This document shows, in pieces, positions 19,208 through 26,560 of a stretch of DNA of 32,000 bases. Source of the stretch: Parasynechococcus marenigrum WH 8102 (GTDB lineage Bacteria; Cyanobacteriota; Cyanobacteriia; PCC-6307; Cyanobiaceae). Each line of letters opens with the position of its first letter. The stretch's first letter is position 1. A model generated the notes under the pieces. That model ran no database searches. It saw only the letters and a program-made list of their open reading frames with translations, and was not told the origin of the DNA. The stretch is taken from NCBI RefSeq assembly GCF_000195975.1, contig NC_005070.1:1440001-1472000 (forward strand), in the 5' to 3' direction. Both the position numbers and the translations under genes were made by a program.

Positions 19208-20134
19208 ATGGTGAGCTCTCTGAGTGCCTTTCTTGGTGAAATCGGCCGCCACCAGTTGCTGACCCCAGAGCAGGAACTCATGCTGGGGAGGAAGGTTCAG
19301 GCAATGGTTGTCATCACTGAGCCCTGCCAACTCGCTGGTGGCAGTGGTCCTTCATGCGAATACAGCGATGAGGAAAAAGCAGTGATTCGCCGTGGGGAGC
19401 GAGCCAAAAATCAAATGATCACCGCCAATCTTCGGCTCGTCGTCAACCTCGCCAAGCGTTATCAAGGCAAAGGGCTGGATCTCCTCGATCTCATCCAGGA
19501 AGGGACCCTTGGTCTGACCCGTGCCGTAGAGAAATACGACCCCACTCGAGGCCATCGCTTTTCGACTTACGCCTACTGGTGGATCCGTCAGGGACTGAAC
19601 CGTGCCCTATCAACCCAAAGCCGCACAATCCGCATCCCCGTCAACGTCAACGAAAAACTGACCAAGCTCCGGGCAGCCAAGGCTCGCTTGATGCAGCGCA
19701 ACGGTCTGACGCCCACCGCTGAGCAACTGGCAGACTTCATGGAAATCCCCATCGCAGAGGTCGAAGACCTTCTGGCCTGTGAACTGCGAAGCGTCACGGT
19801 CAGCCTGCAGGGGGTGGTGAAATCAAAGTCAGACCCCTCCGAGCTGGTGGATGTTCTTCCCAGTGACGAACTGCCTCCAATGGAGCGGGCTGAAATCGCT
19901 GAACGGTCCGCTTCGGTGTGGACACTGCTGGGCAAAGCCAATCTCACGCCCAAGGAGCGCACAGTGGTGACCCTGCGGTTCGGCCTCGATGGCACGAACG
20001 AGTGGCGCACCCTGGCCGAGGTGGCTCGACACATGAACTGCTCACGCGAGTATTGCCGACAGGTTGTGCAGCGTGCCCTGCGCAAACTGCGTAAAACCGG
20101 CATCCAGAGCGGCCTTGTGGAATCCACACTCTGA
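19208..20134 (+). CDS. RpoD-family (group 2-type) RNA polymerase sigma factor
   Basis: Region 2 (ITANLRLVVNLAKRYQGKGLDLLDLIQEGTLGLTRAVEKYDPTRGHRFSTYAYWWIRQ), region 3 and region 4 (TLAEVARHMNCSREYCRQVVQRALRKLR) are all present. Confidence 0.92.
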   Translation: MVSSLSAFLGEIGRHQLLTPEQELMLGRKVQAMVVITEPCQLAGGSGPSCEYSDEEKAVIRRGERAKNQMITANLRLVVNLAKRYQGKGLDLLDLIQEGTLGLTRAVEKYDPTRGHRFSTYAYWWIRQGLNRALSTQSRTIRIPVNVNEKLTKLRAAKARLMQRNGLTPTAEQLADFMEIPIAEVEDLLACELRSVTVSLQGVVKSKSDPSELVDVLPSDELPPMERAEIAERSASVWTLLGKANLTPKERTVVTLRFGLDGTNEWRTLAEVARHMNCSREYCRQVVQRALRKLRKTGIQSGLVESTL

Positions 20135-20205
20135 ACAACGGTCATCCTCCGTGGATTCAATCCATCCAATCGCGCCAGATTGGTGATGTCCCTCCACGAC
20201 TGTTG

Positions 20206-20580
20206 ATGGGTCAATCCTCAACGAATGCATCCCAGGCCACCGTTGAAGCAACGGTGATCGACAGCGAGCTGCTCGATGAAAGCCTGCTGCGGCGGCTTCT
20301 GGTTCGTGCCGGACGAAGCTTGGCAAGTCCGGCACTGGAAGCACTGGAGCTCTTATTGGATCCAGGCACGCCATCCCCGGTCCGGCTAACCATGCTGGCA
20401 GGCCTCAGCTACCTTCTGATGCCCGCTGACCTGATTCCGGATATCCTCCCGGTTGCCGGATTCAGCGATGACCTCGTGGCCTTGACGGCCGTCATCGGGG
20501 TCTGGCGTAATCACCTCACGCCAACCATCCAGGCCCGTGCCCAGCGCAGGCTGGACCAATGGTTCCCACTGACACGCTGA
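20206..20580 (+). CDS. DUF1232 (YkvA-like) membrane protein
   Basis: The motif LSYLLMPADLIPDILPVAGFSDDLVALTAVI is the DUF1232 signature. ATG 20206 lies one codon inside the track's TTG start. Confidence 0.75.
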   Translation: MGQSSTNASQATVEATVIDSELLDESLLRRLLVRAGRSLASPALEALELLLDPGTPSPVRLTMLAGLSYLLMPADLIPDILPVAGFSDDLVALTAVIGVWRNHLTPTIQARAQRRLDQWFPLTR

Positions 20581-20590
20581 GCAACGACCA

Positions 20591-20905
20591 ATGGCTGCCT
20601 GGACCCCGGACTTGGAAGCGGAGCTGAGTCAATTGCTGAAGGATTGGCTTAAACAACAAGGTCGAACCCAGGCAGATCTACGCCGCAGCCTCAAGGCTGT
20701 GTCCACACGAATGCCAGCACTGTTGGAGGTTCTCGAACGGGAGCATCGGCTCAACGGCCTCTCCGGACTGCTGGCTCGGCTTTGCCGCGTTGAAACCGAG
20801 TGGCACGGCGGCGCCGATCACACCAGTGAAGCTGCCGAGCAGAGCGATCCCTTCGGCCAATTGGATCTCCTGCTCCAGGAAATCCGTCAGGACTGCCCCA
20901 GTTGA
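20591..20905 (+). CDS. hypothetical protein with an HTH-like segment
   Basis: The ATG lies 10 nt after the DUF1232 stop. QGRTQADLRRSLKAVSTRMPALLEVLERE resembles an XRE-type helix-turn-helix; this reading is inference only. Confidence 0.5.
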   Translation: MAAWTPDLEAELSQLLKDWLKQQGRTQADLRRSLKAVSTRMPALLEVLEREHRLNGLSGLLARLCRVETEWHGGADHTSEAAEQSDPFGQLDLLLQEIRQDCPS

Positions 20906-20946
20906 GGCACTTCAAGGGCAAAGTGGTGATTCGTAGCGAGGACCCA

Positions 20947-21195
20947 ATGACCACGGCAACGCTCACCGCTGCCTGCACGCTGCTATCGAGCTTCACCTCA
21001 GCCCTGTCACCTGCTGCCAGAGCTCAATCCGAGGGCTGGATGCTGGGTCCTGGCAGCCGAACCGACAAAAACAGCAAGGTGGTTCCCACCAATTGTGTGA
21101 CCACGCCAGACGGAGCCATCAGCTGCGATACCAAGCTCGAAACTCCGACCAGCAACACGCCGGCTCGCCCGTACTACAACCCATTCAACGACTGA
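20947..21195 (+). CDS. small putative secreted protein (two Cys)
   Basis: ATG 20947 gives MTTATLTAACTLLSSFTSALSPAARA, which is signal-like. The mature part contains NCVTTPDGAISC. An alternative TTG at 20902 overlaps the preceding stop. Confidence 0.45.
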   Translation: MTTATLTAACTLLSSFTSALSPAARAQSEGWMLGPGSRTDKNSKVVPTNCVTTPDGAISCDTKLETPTSNTPARPYYNPFND

Positions 21196-21202
21196 TTCAG
21201 CC

Positions 21203-21703
21203 GTGAGCCGCTCCCGCAAGACGCAACCGTCCTTTCTGACCGTCGTCGATTCCGCAGAACGGGAAGTCGCTCGATTGCTCACCCTGATCACTGGGGTGGT
21301 CATCTTTGCTGCGCTGGTTCAGCTGGTGATGTCACTCGGTTCCAAGCTTCTGACGGGCTCGGAAGCCACCTGGCTCGGCGATGACCTGATCAAGGTGCTC
21401 GGCGATCTGCTGACTGTGCTGATCGCTTTGGAGGTCCTGCAGAACATCACCAGCTACCTGCGCCGTCACGTTGTGCAGATTGAATTGGTGCTGGTCACGG
21501 CTCTCACGGCCGTGGCCCGCAAAGTGATCGTTTTACCCTCCGGCGCAGAAAACAAACCGCAACTGCTGGTGGGCCTGGGTATCGCCGTGGTGTCACTTTC
21601 GGCGGCCTACTGGCTGGTCAAGCGCGCCAATGCAGGGTCAGCCAGAGCGTTCCCGGCTCGGGATCGGTCCGTTCCACCCGATGCCGACGATGCGGGGGAA
21701 TGA
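21203..21703 (+). CDS. PsiE-family (phosphate-starvation-inducible) membrane protein
   Basis: The GTG start lies 7 nt after the previous stop. LTVLIALEVLQNITSYLRRHVVQIELVLVTALTAVARKVIVL matches the PsiE core. Confidence 0.7.
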   Translation: MSRSRKTQPSFLTVVDSAEREVARLLTLITGVVIFAALVQLVMSLGSKLLTGSEATWLGDDLIKVLGDLLTVLIALEVLQNITSYLRRHVVQIELVLVTALTAVARKVIVLPSGAENKPQLLVGLGIAVVSLSAAYWLVKRANAGSARAFPARDRSVPPDADDAGE

Positions 21704-22133
21704 ACCAATAATCTCCAACGCTGAGATCGATCTCTTCTGGAGGGTTTTCACATCGGATGCGTGCACTGCCCCGCAGCAACAGAACCCATTCGAACGTTTC
21801 TTGGCTCATCCATTCCCCTGATGGGGTTGATGCCTCGTTCGAGTTGATCAGCGTCAGCCACCAACGATCTCCTTCGAGCAGGATGCGCTCGCTTTCACCT
21901 CCACTGGAGGGCAAAGCCTCCTGCAACAGGTTGTCGTCGTGTAATCGACTTTCGGGTTCTCCCCAGCGACGCGCAATCTCAAAACCCCAACGCCTGGCGA
22001 GGGCCACCACTTGGTTGTGGTTTGTGCAGGCGGCCAGCGATTGTCTGCGTTGCTCATCATCCTCAAGGCTCTGAGCCAACTGCTGCAGCTGGTCCACTTT
22101 GTGCAGGAAGCGACTGAGATCTTGCTCTGTCAT
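21618..22133 (-). CDS. Nif11 domain / cupin domain protein
   Basis: The internal ATG at 22133 gives MTEQDLSRFLHKVDQLQQL...ACTNHNQVVALARRWGF (Nif11 domain). The C-terminal cupin is EWVLLLRGSARIRCE...VGDYWFIPPHRRHRVE. The upstream 112 codons of the track ORF are not protein-like. Confidence 0.75.
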   Translation of the reverse strand: MTEQDLSRFLHKVDQLQQLAQSLEDDEQRRQSLAACTNHNQVVALARRWGFEIARRWGEPESRLHDDNLLQEALPSSGGESERILLEGDRWWLTLINSNEASTPSGEWMSQETFEWVLLLRGSARIRCENPPEEIDLSVGDYWFIPPHRRHRVERTDPEPGTLWLTLHWRA

Positions 22134-22222
22134 TCCCGTTGCAGCTCGACATGCGGTGATCCTGGCAACAGACACAAGGACTCTCAGACGCCGAAAGTCA
22201 GGAAGCCCTGATCTTCCCGCCC

Positions 22223-22453
22223 ATGCCAACAGCGACCAAGGTTCTGACCATCGGAGATCTGGAAGCAGGCTTCGCCACGTACTGCCAAGCACTGCGTCGG
22301 CTAGTGGCCGACGGCCGTGAGATGGACTCCATCCGCCGCACCATCTGCTGGGATTATCTGCACCGCCTGCACACCTCCCTACCCCAGAACTACCGCTCAC
22401 CGGAGGAGCTGGTGGCGCGTTACAAGAGAGCTCAGCTTGCTGCTGCAAACTGA
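22223..22453 (+). CDS. small conserved hypothetical protein (DUF3136-like)
   Basis: ATG start. LTIGDLEAGFATYCQALRRLVADGREMDSIRRTICWDYLHRLHTSLP resembles the picocyanobacterial DUF3136 family as I recall it. Confidence 0.5.
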   Translation: MPTATKVLTIGDLEAGFATYCQALRRLVADGREMDSIRRTICWDYLHRLHTSLPQNYRSPEELVARYKRAQLAAAN

Positions 22454-22471
22454 TCAGCAGTTGAAACAACG

Positions 22472-22816
22472 TTGGTGAACCGATTGATCGCCACCGCTGC
22501 AGCGGTTCTGATCCTGTTCACATCATTCACAACCAGCGCTCTTGCCGGTGAGACCTCCGGCGAGGGCGCTGTTTTGTTTGGCCAGCACTGTGCAGGCTGT
22601 CACGTGAATGGCGGCAACATCATTCGCCGCGGCAAAAATCTCAAGTTGGCCACGTTGAAACGCCAAGGCCTGGATTCAACAGAAGCGATTGCAAGCATTG
22701 CCCGGAAAGGCATTGGCCAGATGAGCGGCTATGGCGACAAGCTCGGAGAAGGAGGTGATCAACTGGTGGCAGGCTGGATTCTTGAGCAGGCTCAGAATGC
22801 CTGGACCCAGGGATAG
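22472..22816 (+). CDS. cytochrome c6-like protein (c6B/c6C-type paralogue)
   Basis: Signal anchor LIATAAAVLILFTSFTTSALA, then the haem site GQHCAGCHVNGGNIIRRGKNLK and the axial Met region GIGQMSGYG. The start is TTG 22472 or GTG 22475. Confidence 0.85.
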   Translation: MVNRLIATAAAVLILFTSFTTSALAGETSGEGAVLFGQHCAGCHVNGGNIIRRGKNLKLATLKRQGLDSTEAIASIARKGIGQMSGYGDKLGEGGDQLVAGWILEQAQNAWTQG

Positions 22817-23061
22817 ACCTCAAGGGCTGTCCAGATTCCTTGTTTCCAATAGATATCGTCCTCCACAAGCTGCCGGACGGTACCAATCGCGTCAGCCTCA
22901 AAAATACCGAACACGTGGGTACTCCCCTCAGTTGGTCCAAGGGTGATGAGGACACCATCGTCTTTCAATGACTGCAGACGTGTCAGGTGTTCCTGGCGAA
23001 ATGGCACCCGTTTTTCAAGCGCATCAGCGCTGTATGTCCCCCAGAGAACAAAACGAGACAT
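22792..23061 (-). CDS. YciI-like protein
   Basis: The internal ATG at 23061 gives MSRFVLWGTYSADALEKRVPFRQEHLTRLQSLKDDGVLITLGP...DDIYW, which fits the YciI fold pattern. Its 3' end overlaps the convergent c6-like gene by 25 nt. Confidence 0.7.
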   Translation of the reverse strand: MSRFVLWGTYSADALEKRVPFRQEHLTRLQSLKDDGVLITLGPTEGSTHVFGIFEADAIGTVRQLVEDDIYWKQGIWTALEVYPWVQAF

Positions 23062-23158
23062 GGCAATCCGTGACGTCAGAGAAAATATTTCCGAGAAAAG
23101 GATGGCACGAGGGGATGACCAAACGCTATGTTGTGATCGTTGATCACTTTCGAAACCA

Positions 23159-23530
23159 ATGCTCACTGGGAGCGACCTTCTCAACAAAGTCAAAGAGCTG
23201 GGTGATGTCAGCAAGTCCGATCTGGTTCGCGCCTGTGGATACGTCTCCAACAAAAAGGACGGTGGAGATCGTCTGAACTTCACCGCCTTCTACGAGGCAC
23301 TTCTGGAAGCCAAAGGTGTCAGCCTTGGCACCACCGGCATCGGTGGCGTCGGCAAAGGCGGACGCAAGCTGAGCTACGTCGCCACAGTTCAAGGCAACGG
23401 AAACCTGCTGATTGGCAAGGCCTACACAGCACTTCTGGATCTCAAACCCGGCGATGAATTTGAAATCAAACTAGGCCGCAAGCAGATCCGTCTGATGCCC
23501 GTTGGTGGATCTGAAGAAGACGAGGAGTGA
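23159..23530 (+). CDS. cyanobacterial AbrB-family transcriptional regulator (cyAbrB)
   Basis: The N-terminal MLTGSDLLNKVKELGDVSKSDLVRACGY and the C-terminal SpoVT/AbrB-like LLIGKAYTALLDLKPGDEFEIKLGRKQIRL are typical of the cyAbrB architecture. Confidence 0.85.
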   Translation: MLTGSDLLNKVKELGDVSKSDLVRACGYVSNKKDGGDRLNFTAFYEALLEAKGVSLGTTGIGGVGKGGRKLSYVATVQGNGNLLIGKAYTALLDLKPGDEFEIKLGRKQIRLMPVGGSEEDEE

Positions 23531-23587
23531 TATTCACTGAGCCGCTTAAGCGGCCCAACGCACTCCAAAAAACGGCAAAGTCCTATT

Positions 23588-23613
23588 GGCCCTGGTTGTT
23601 CCAGGGCCTTTTT
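23588..23613 (+). terminator. rho-independent terminator after cyAbrB (shared spacer with convergent trpA)
   Basis: An 8-bp GC-rich stem pairs GGCCCTGG (23588-23595) with CCAGGGCC (23601-23608) around a 5-nt loop, followed by TTTTT (23609-23613). A smaller hairpin, GCCGC-TTAA-GCGGC, lies at 23541-23554. Confidence 0.65.
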
Positions 23614-23648
23614 GATGTGGGATCGATGCCCTAGTTTCCTAAGCCGGG

Positions 23649-24458
23649 TTAGTCAGCTGCGTTGCGGAGCTCTCTGCAGAATTGCCCGGCTTCCTCAGCA
23701 ATTTGGCCTTCACCGGCCGCCGCCATCCGCTTGACCAGCGCGCTGCCGACGATGGCGCCGTCTGCCCCCCAGCTGCGCACCTGGCGCACCTGATCAGCTC
23801 CAGAGATACCGAAACCCACAGCCACTGGAACTGCCGAGGATTGCTTCAGCTCCTCAACAAGCCCCTCCACCCTGGTTTCCATCTGGGCACGTTCCCCGGT
23901 GACACCGGTCACGCTCACCAGATAAGTGAAACCCCGGCTGCGTTGACCAATTCGCACCATCCGATCAGCGGGGGTTGTTGGTGCAACCAGGAGAACCAGA
24001 TCCAGCCCCTGTTGTTCCGCCAGAGGCGACAGCCGTTCGGCTTCTTCCAAGGGCAGATCGGGAACCACAAGCCCAGCGGCACCCGCCGCTGCAGCGCGTT
24101 CACAGAACGCCTCCATGCCCACATTCAGCAAGGGGTTGGAGTAAGTGAACAGAATCACCGGAATGGTGAGTTGGCCCTTCAAAGAGGTCAGCATCTCCAA
24201 CACCTTTCCTGGTGTTGTGCCCGCAGCAAGCGCTCGTGCTGCCGCGGCCTGGATCACAGGACCATCCGCCAGTGGGTCGCTGTAGGGCATCCCCAGTTCC
24301 ACCATGTCCGCCCCTGAGTTCTGCAAACTCAGCAACACCTCTGAGGTTGTTGCCAAATCAGGGTCGCCAGCCATCAGAAATGGCATCAAGGCCAGACGCT
24401 TCTCATGTTTGAGCTGCTCAAAGCGCTGAGCGATGGGTGACAACATCTGGCTCGACAT
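23649..24458 (-). CDS. trpA: tryptophan synthase alpha subunit
   Basis: The 269-aa product has ...[13 protein letters not shown]...[21 protein letters not shown]...GFGIS..., the TrpA signature. Confidence 0.95.
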
Positions 24459-24493
24459 CGCGGCGCGACCAATCGAATTGCAACCCGGTGAGC

Positions 24494-24835
24494 CTATGAG
24501 CCAGAGGGCGCGTCGGATTCATCCATGCCGATCTTTTGAAGCAGGGCTTGCTGTTCCTCCGGGGGGAGCGCATCAAAACGTTTCTGGAGATCCTCAGCCT
24601 CCTGTTCGTCGTACACCTCGCGATAGCGGCGGCGCTGCTCCATGTAGGTCATCTGGCCAGAGACCACACGGAATAAGTAGGACCCCGTCCACACCACCAC
24701 GATCAACACCAGCAGAGACTGGGCCGCAATCCCGGCAGAGAAACCCTTCAGGCCGAGAGCATCGAAACCGACGTAACCAACCCCGCCAAGCAGCAGAACG
24801 ATCAGGCCGATCAGAAGAACCTTGCCCCGGGTCAA
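24494..24835 (-). CDS. DUF3007-like membrane protein
   Basis: TTG start 1 nt after the ndhL stop. There are two TM helices, then [31 protein letters not shown]. Confidence 0.65.
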
Positions 24836-24836
24836 C

Positions 24837-25088
24837 TCAGTTGTCTCCCTGGCCGCTGAGTCGGAAATTCAGGAATGGAGCAAAAACCACCATTCCCGGG
24901 AAGAAGAGGAACACCAGGCCGTACACCAAGAGCCGTTCGATCTTGCCCATGCGCGTCCAGCGGCTGTTCATCCAGAAGAACAGGGCTAACGGCACCACCA
25001 GCAGATAAAGACCGCCCAGCAGGGCATAGGCCAGGATCACCAACAGGGTGTCCTGTGGGATCGAGGAAGCCAAAGACTGCAGGTCCAA
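24837..25088 (-). CDS. ndhL: NAD(P)H-quinone oxidoreductase (NDH-1) subunit L
   Basis: [67 protein letters not shown] is the NdhL pattern. Only a TTG start (25088) is available in the open frame. Confidence 0.8.
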   Translation of the reverse strand: MDLQSLASSIPQDTLLVILAYALLGGLYLLVVPLALFFWMNSRWTRMGKIERLLVYGLVFLFFPGMVVFAPFLNFRLSGQGDN

Positions 25089-25128
25089 GATCTGAGGTCG
25101 AATGGGGGAAATCTAGGATGTCCACCAA

Positions 25129-25214
25129 GGGGGCATGGCGGAATCGGTAGACGCACGCGACTTAAAATCGTTTGGGCCGAAAGGCCTGTGGGGGTTCAAG
25201 TCCCCCTGCCCCCA
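25129..25214 (+). tRNA. tRNA-Leu (anticodon UAA), class II with a long variable arm; CCA not encoded
   Basis: The acceptor stem pairs GGGGGCA (25129-25135) with TGCCCCC (25207-25213), with discriminator A at 25214. The D region is TGGCGGAATCGGTAGACGC. The anticodon loop CT-TAA-AA has TAA at 25163-25165. The variable arm is GGGCC/GGCC, and the T arm is GGGGG-TTCAAGT-CCCCC. Confidence 0.93.
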
Positions 25215-25235
25215 TCATCTAGATCCAACGAGCGG

Positions 25236-25538
25236 TCAACCAGCCAGCAATGCACCTAAACGGGTGCGGAACTCTCCTTTGGGCATACCGCCCTTGAGTT
25301 CCCCGTGAATGGTGAAATCACCCTCCGGATCAGTGACCAGGAGATAGGTCGGCCAGCCCATCCCCTCCTTGTTGGGGTACTGCTTCAGCAGGACTTTGCG
25401 GTATTTCCTGTAAGCCTCGGTGTCCTGAAGCATCACCGACACGAACTCGGCACCAAGCTCCTCAGCCACATTGGCGTCGTAATGGCTCATCTTGTGACAC
25501 GTGCCGCAATCCTCTGAGCTGAACTTGATCACATGCAT
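25236..25538 (-). CDS. thioredoxin-like protein (CGTC active-site motif)
   Basis: [17 protein letters not shown]...GWPTYLLV has thioredoxin-fold hallmarks. The ATG overlaps the pyrC stop by 10 nt. Confidence 0.7.
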   Translation of the reverse strand: MHVIKFSSEDCGTCHKMSHYDANVAEELGAEFVSVMLQDTEAYRKYRKVLLKQYPNKEGMGWPTYLLVTDPEGDFTIHGELKGGMPKGEFRTRLGALLAG

Positions 25539-26560
25539 GGCTGAAGCCTCCAGGGCAGCGTTTCCCCAGCATGGAAGGGAACGAGCCCGTTCACCAGCTC
25601 GGGCACGTCAACAGCAACCTTTTCAAGGGTCACCGTGTCGTTGTTCGCAGGCAGGCCGTAGAAGGCTGGACCGTGCAGGGAGGCGAAACCTTCGAGGTGA
25701 TGCATGGCCTCTTCCTCTGCAAAAACCTGGGCGTAGCTCTCCAGTGCAAAGGGAGCATTGAAGATGCCGGCACAGCCGCAGGAGGTTTCCTTGCCGGCTC
25801 TCGGATGAGGGGCGGAATCAGTGCCCAGGAAAAACCGTGGATCTCCGCTGGTGGCGGCCCGCCGCAGAGCAAGGCGATGGCGCTCCCGTTTGACCACCGG
25901 CAGGCAGTAAAAGTCACTGCGCAAGCCGCCAAGGAACATGGAGTTGCGATTGATCTGCAGGTGATGGGGGGTGATCGTGGCCGCCAGATTGCGATCGGAC
26001 GAACCCACGTAATCAACGGCCTGCTCGGTGGTGATGTGCTCGAACACCACCTTGAGCTCAGGGTGACGGGTCCGCAGGGACTTCAGATGCCGCTCAATGA
26101 ACACCGCTTCCCGGTCGAACACATCGACATCCGCATCCGTCACTTCCCCATGAATGAGCAGAGGCATGCCGATGGCCTCCATCCGGCTCAAGACACGGCC
26201 GATCTGATCGAGATCCGTCACACCAGCGGCTGAATTGGTCGTGGCGTTCGCGGGATACAGCTTGGCAGCGGTGTAGACCCCCTCCTGGAAACCCCGCTCA
26301 AGATCATCTGGATCGGAGTTGTCCGTGAGATAAGCGGTCATCAACGGGGTGAATGCCACGCCTTCAGGACAAGCCGACAGGATGCGGTCGCGGTACGAAC
26401 GAGCTGCATCCACCGTCGTGACCGGCGGTCGCAGGTTGGGCATCACGATGGCCCGCCGGAAGCAACGGGCTGTGTAGGCCACAACCCGTTCCAGCATCTC
26501 CTCATCCCTGAGGTGAACGTGCCAATCGTCCGGAGCGGTGATCGTGAGCTGTTCAGCCAT
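25529..26560 (-). CDS. pyrC: dihydroorotase (homodimeric type)
   Basis: ATG 26560 gives [19 protein letters not shown], and later ...FLGTDSAPH... is present. The start overlaps the SulP transporter stop by 8 nt. Confidence 0.92.
   Translation of the reverse strand: MAEQLTITAPDDWHVHLRDEEMLERVVAYTARCFRRAIVMPNLRPPVTTVDAARSYRDRILSACPEGVAFTPLMTAYLTDNSDPDDLERGFQEGVYTAAKLYPANATTNSAAGVTDLDQIGRVLSRMEAIGMPLLIHGEVTDADVDVFDREAVFIERHLKSLRTRHPELKVVFEHITTEQAVDYVGSSDRNLAATITPHHLQINRNSMFLGGLRSDFYCLPVVKRERHRLALRRAATSGDPRFFLGTDSAPHPRAGKETSCGCAGIFNAPFALESYAQVFAEEEAMHHLEGFASLHGPAFYGLPANNDTVTLEKVAVDVPELVNGLVPFHAGETLPWRLQPCM

Noticed and set aside
25089-25240. tRNA-Leu as an integration site for a genomic island
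   Set aside because: No integrase or recombinase is present. I could find no duplicated tRNA 3'-end fragment, and there is no compositional break. The flanking genes (ndhL, thioredoxin-like, pyrC) are housekeeping.
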